From Paenibacillus sambharensis (GTDB lineage: Bacteria; Bacillota; Bacilli; Paenibacillales; Paenibacillaceae): 24,000 bases of DNA. Shown here in pieces: positions 23,519-24,000 of the stretch (the first letter of the stretch is position 1; each line of letters begins with the position of its first letter). The stretch covers positions 83,464 to 107,463 of the forward strand of contig NZ_QKRB01000037.1 of assembly GCF_003233845.1 (NCBI RefSeq). The letters are read 5' to 3'. The notes beneath the pieces were generated by a model, which worked only from the letters and a program-made list of their open reading frames with translations, was not told the DNA's origin and did no database searches. Made by a program: the position numbers and the translations under genes.

Positions 23519-24000
23519 TTAGTCCAACAGATGATCGACCATCAGGTCAGTCAGTTCACCGCGTGTAATCGCATCGGACGCAGTGCCCGGCATTCCGATT
23601 ATCCACACCGTCTCATCTGTTGCCAGCGAAATCAGTTCAACCGCTTCCTGATTCGTCACGGCTTGACTCGGATAGAACATTTCGTTATTTGCGAAACTGC
23701 CCAGCAGATCCCGCTCTTCTAGTCCCGCTAAATAAGGTGCGGCCCATGTCGGCACCGTATCGTCATACGGAAGTATCGCAGGGTCGGCTTCAACATCCAG
23801 CGTACGTCCGAGAATAGTCACGAGCTCGGCACGACTCAAGGTTTCGGTTGGACGGAATGTACCATCGTTGTAACCTTTGATGAGGCCGGCCTCGAATGCG
23901 GCTTCGATTTCCTCTTGGTACTCGCTATCCGCAATATCCGTGAAGGCGGTAGCGCCGGGCGGAATCATCTCTGCATTTTCGGATTCGACCACTTCGGAAA
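23519..24000 (-). CDS. S-layer homology (SLH) domain protein, C-terminal part (gene continues beyond the right edge)
   Basis: Tracked ORF 23519..23992. The frame stays open to 24000. FTDIADSEYQEEIEAAFEAGLIKGYNDGTFRPTETLSRAELVTILGR and a second SLH-like repeat (WAAPYLAGLEERDLL...) are present. Confidence 0.75.
   Translation of the reverse strand, partial: SEVVESENAEMIPPGATAFTDIADSEYQEEIEAAFEAGLIKGYNDGTFRPTETLSRAELVTILGRTLDVEADPAILPYDDTVPTWAAPYLAGLEERDLLGSFANNEMFYPSQAVTNQEAVELISLATDETVWIIGMPGTASDAITRGELTDLMVDHLLD

Overview
The window looks like a Bacillales or Paenibacillus-type chromosomal accessory region. That placement is inferred from strong GGAGG Shine-Dalgarno (SD) sites, an SLH-domain protein, a GH43 enzyme and YwnA/YwnB- and YjdF-like genes. 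I found no rRNA, tRNA, CRISPR array, transposase or integrase. I support about 25 coding regions, two of them partial at the window edges, plus one decayed gene.

Positions 1000-16000 are mostly regulator plus oxidoreductase pairs: Rrf2/YwnB-like, MerR/aldo-keto reductase, TetR/FAD monooxygenase, an AraC-GyrI regulator, TetR/NmrA-like, and MmyB-like/FMN reductase-Dabb-SDR. Several have readable promoter and operator architecture. Downstream come a GH43 glycosidase, a membrane-anchored S1 protease, a translationally coupled helical protein plus 998-aa SNF2 helicase, and an SLH protein fragment.

The most interesting locus is an AT-rich cassette at about 7780-11020. It encodes a protein that fuses a degenerate ABC ATPase domain (nucleotide-binding domain, NBD) to a LytTR DNA-binding domain. 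Next come two direct repeats phased 21 bp apart, as in LytTR binding sites, then a canonical ABC ATPase, an ABC-2 permease and an untracked 30-aa transmembrane (TM) peptide. I read this as a candidate transporter-coupled one-component regulatory system that appears uncharacterised.

Other items worth a second look:
- a candidate yjdF-type riboswitch upstream of a YjdF/DUF2992 gene
- a GH43 gene whose conserved N-terminus lies upstream of any canonical start codon (an ATA start with a uORF stop overlapping it)
- a four-copy dispersed intergenic repeat family lying in gaps between gene modules
- two abutting 19-bp palindromic operators
- strong GC mosaicism

All homology calls come from reading the translations. 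No database searches were run.
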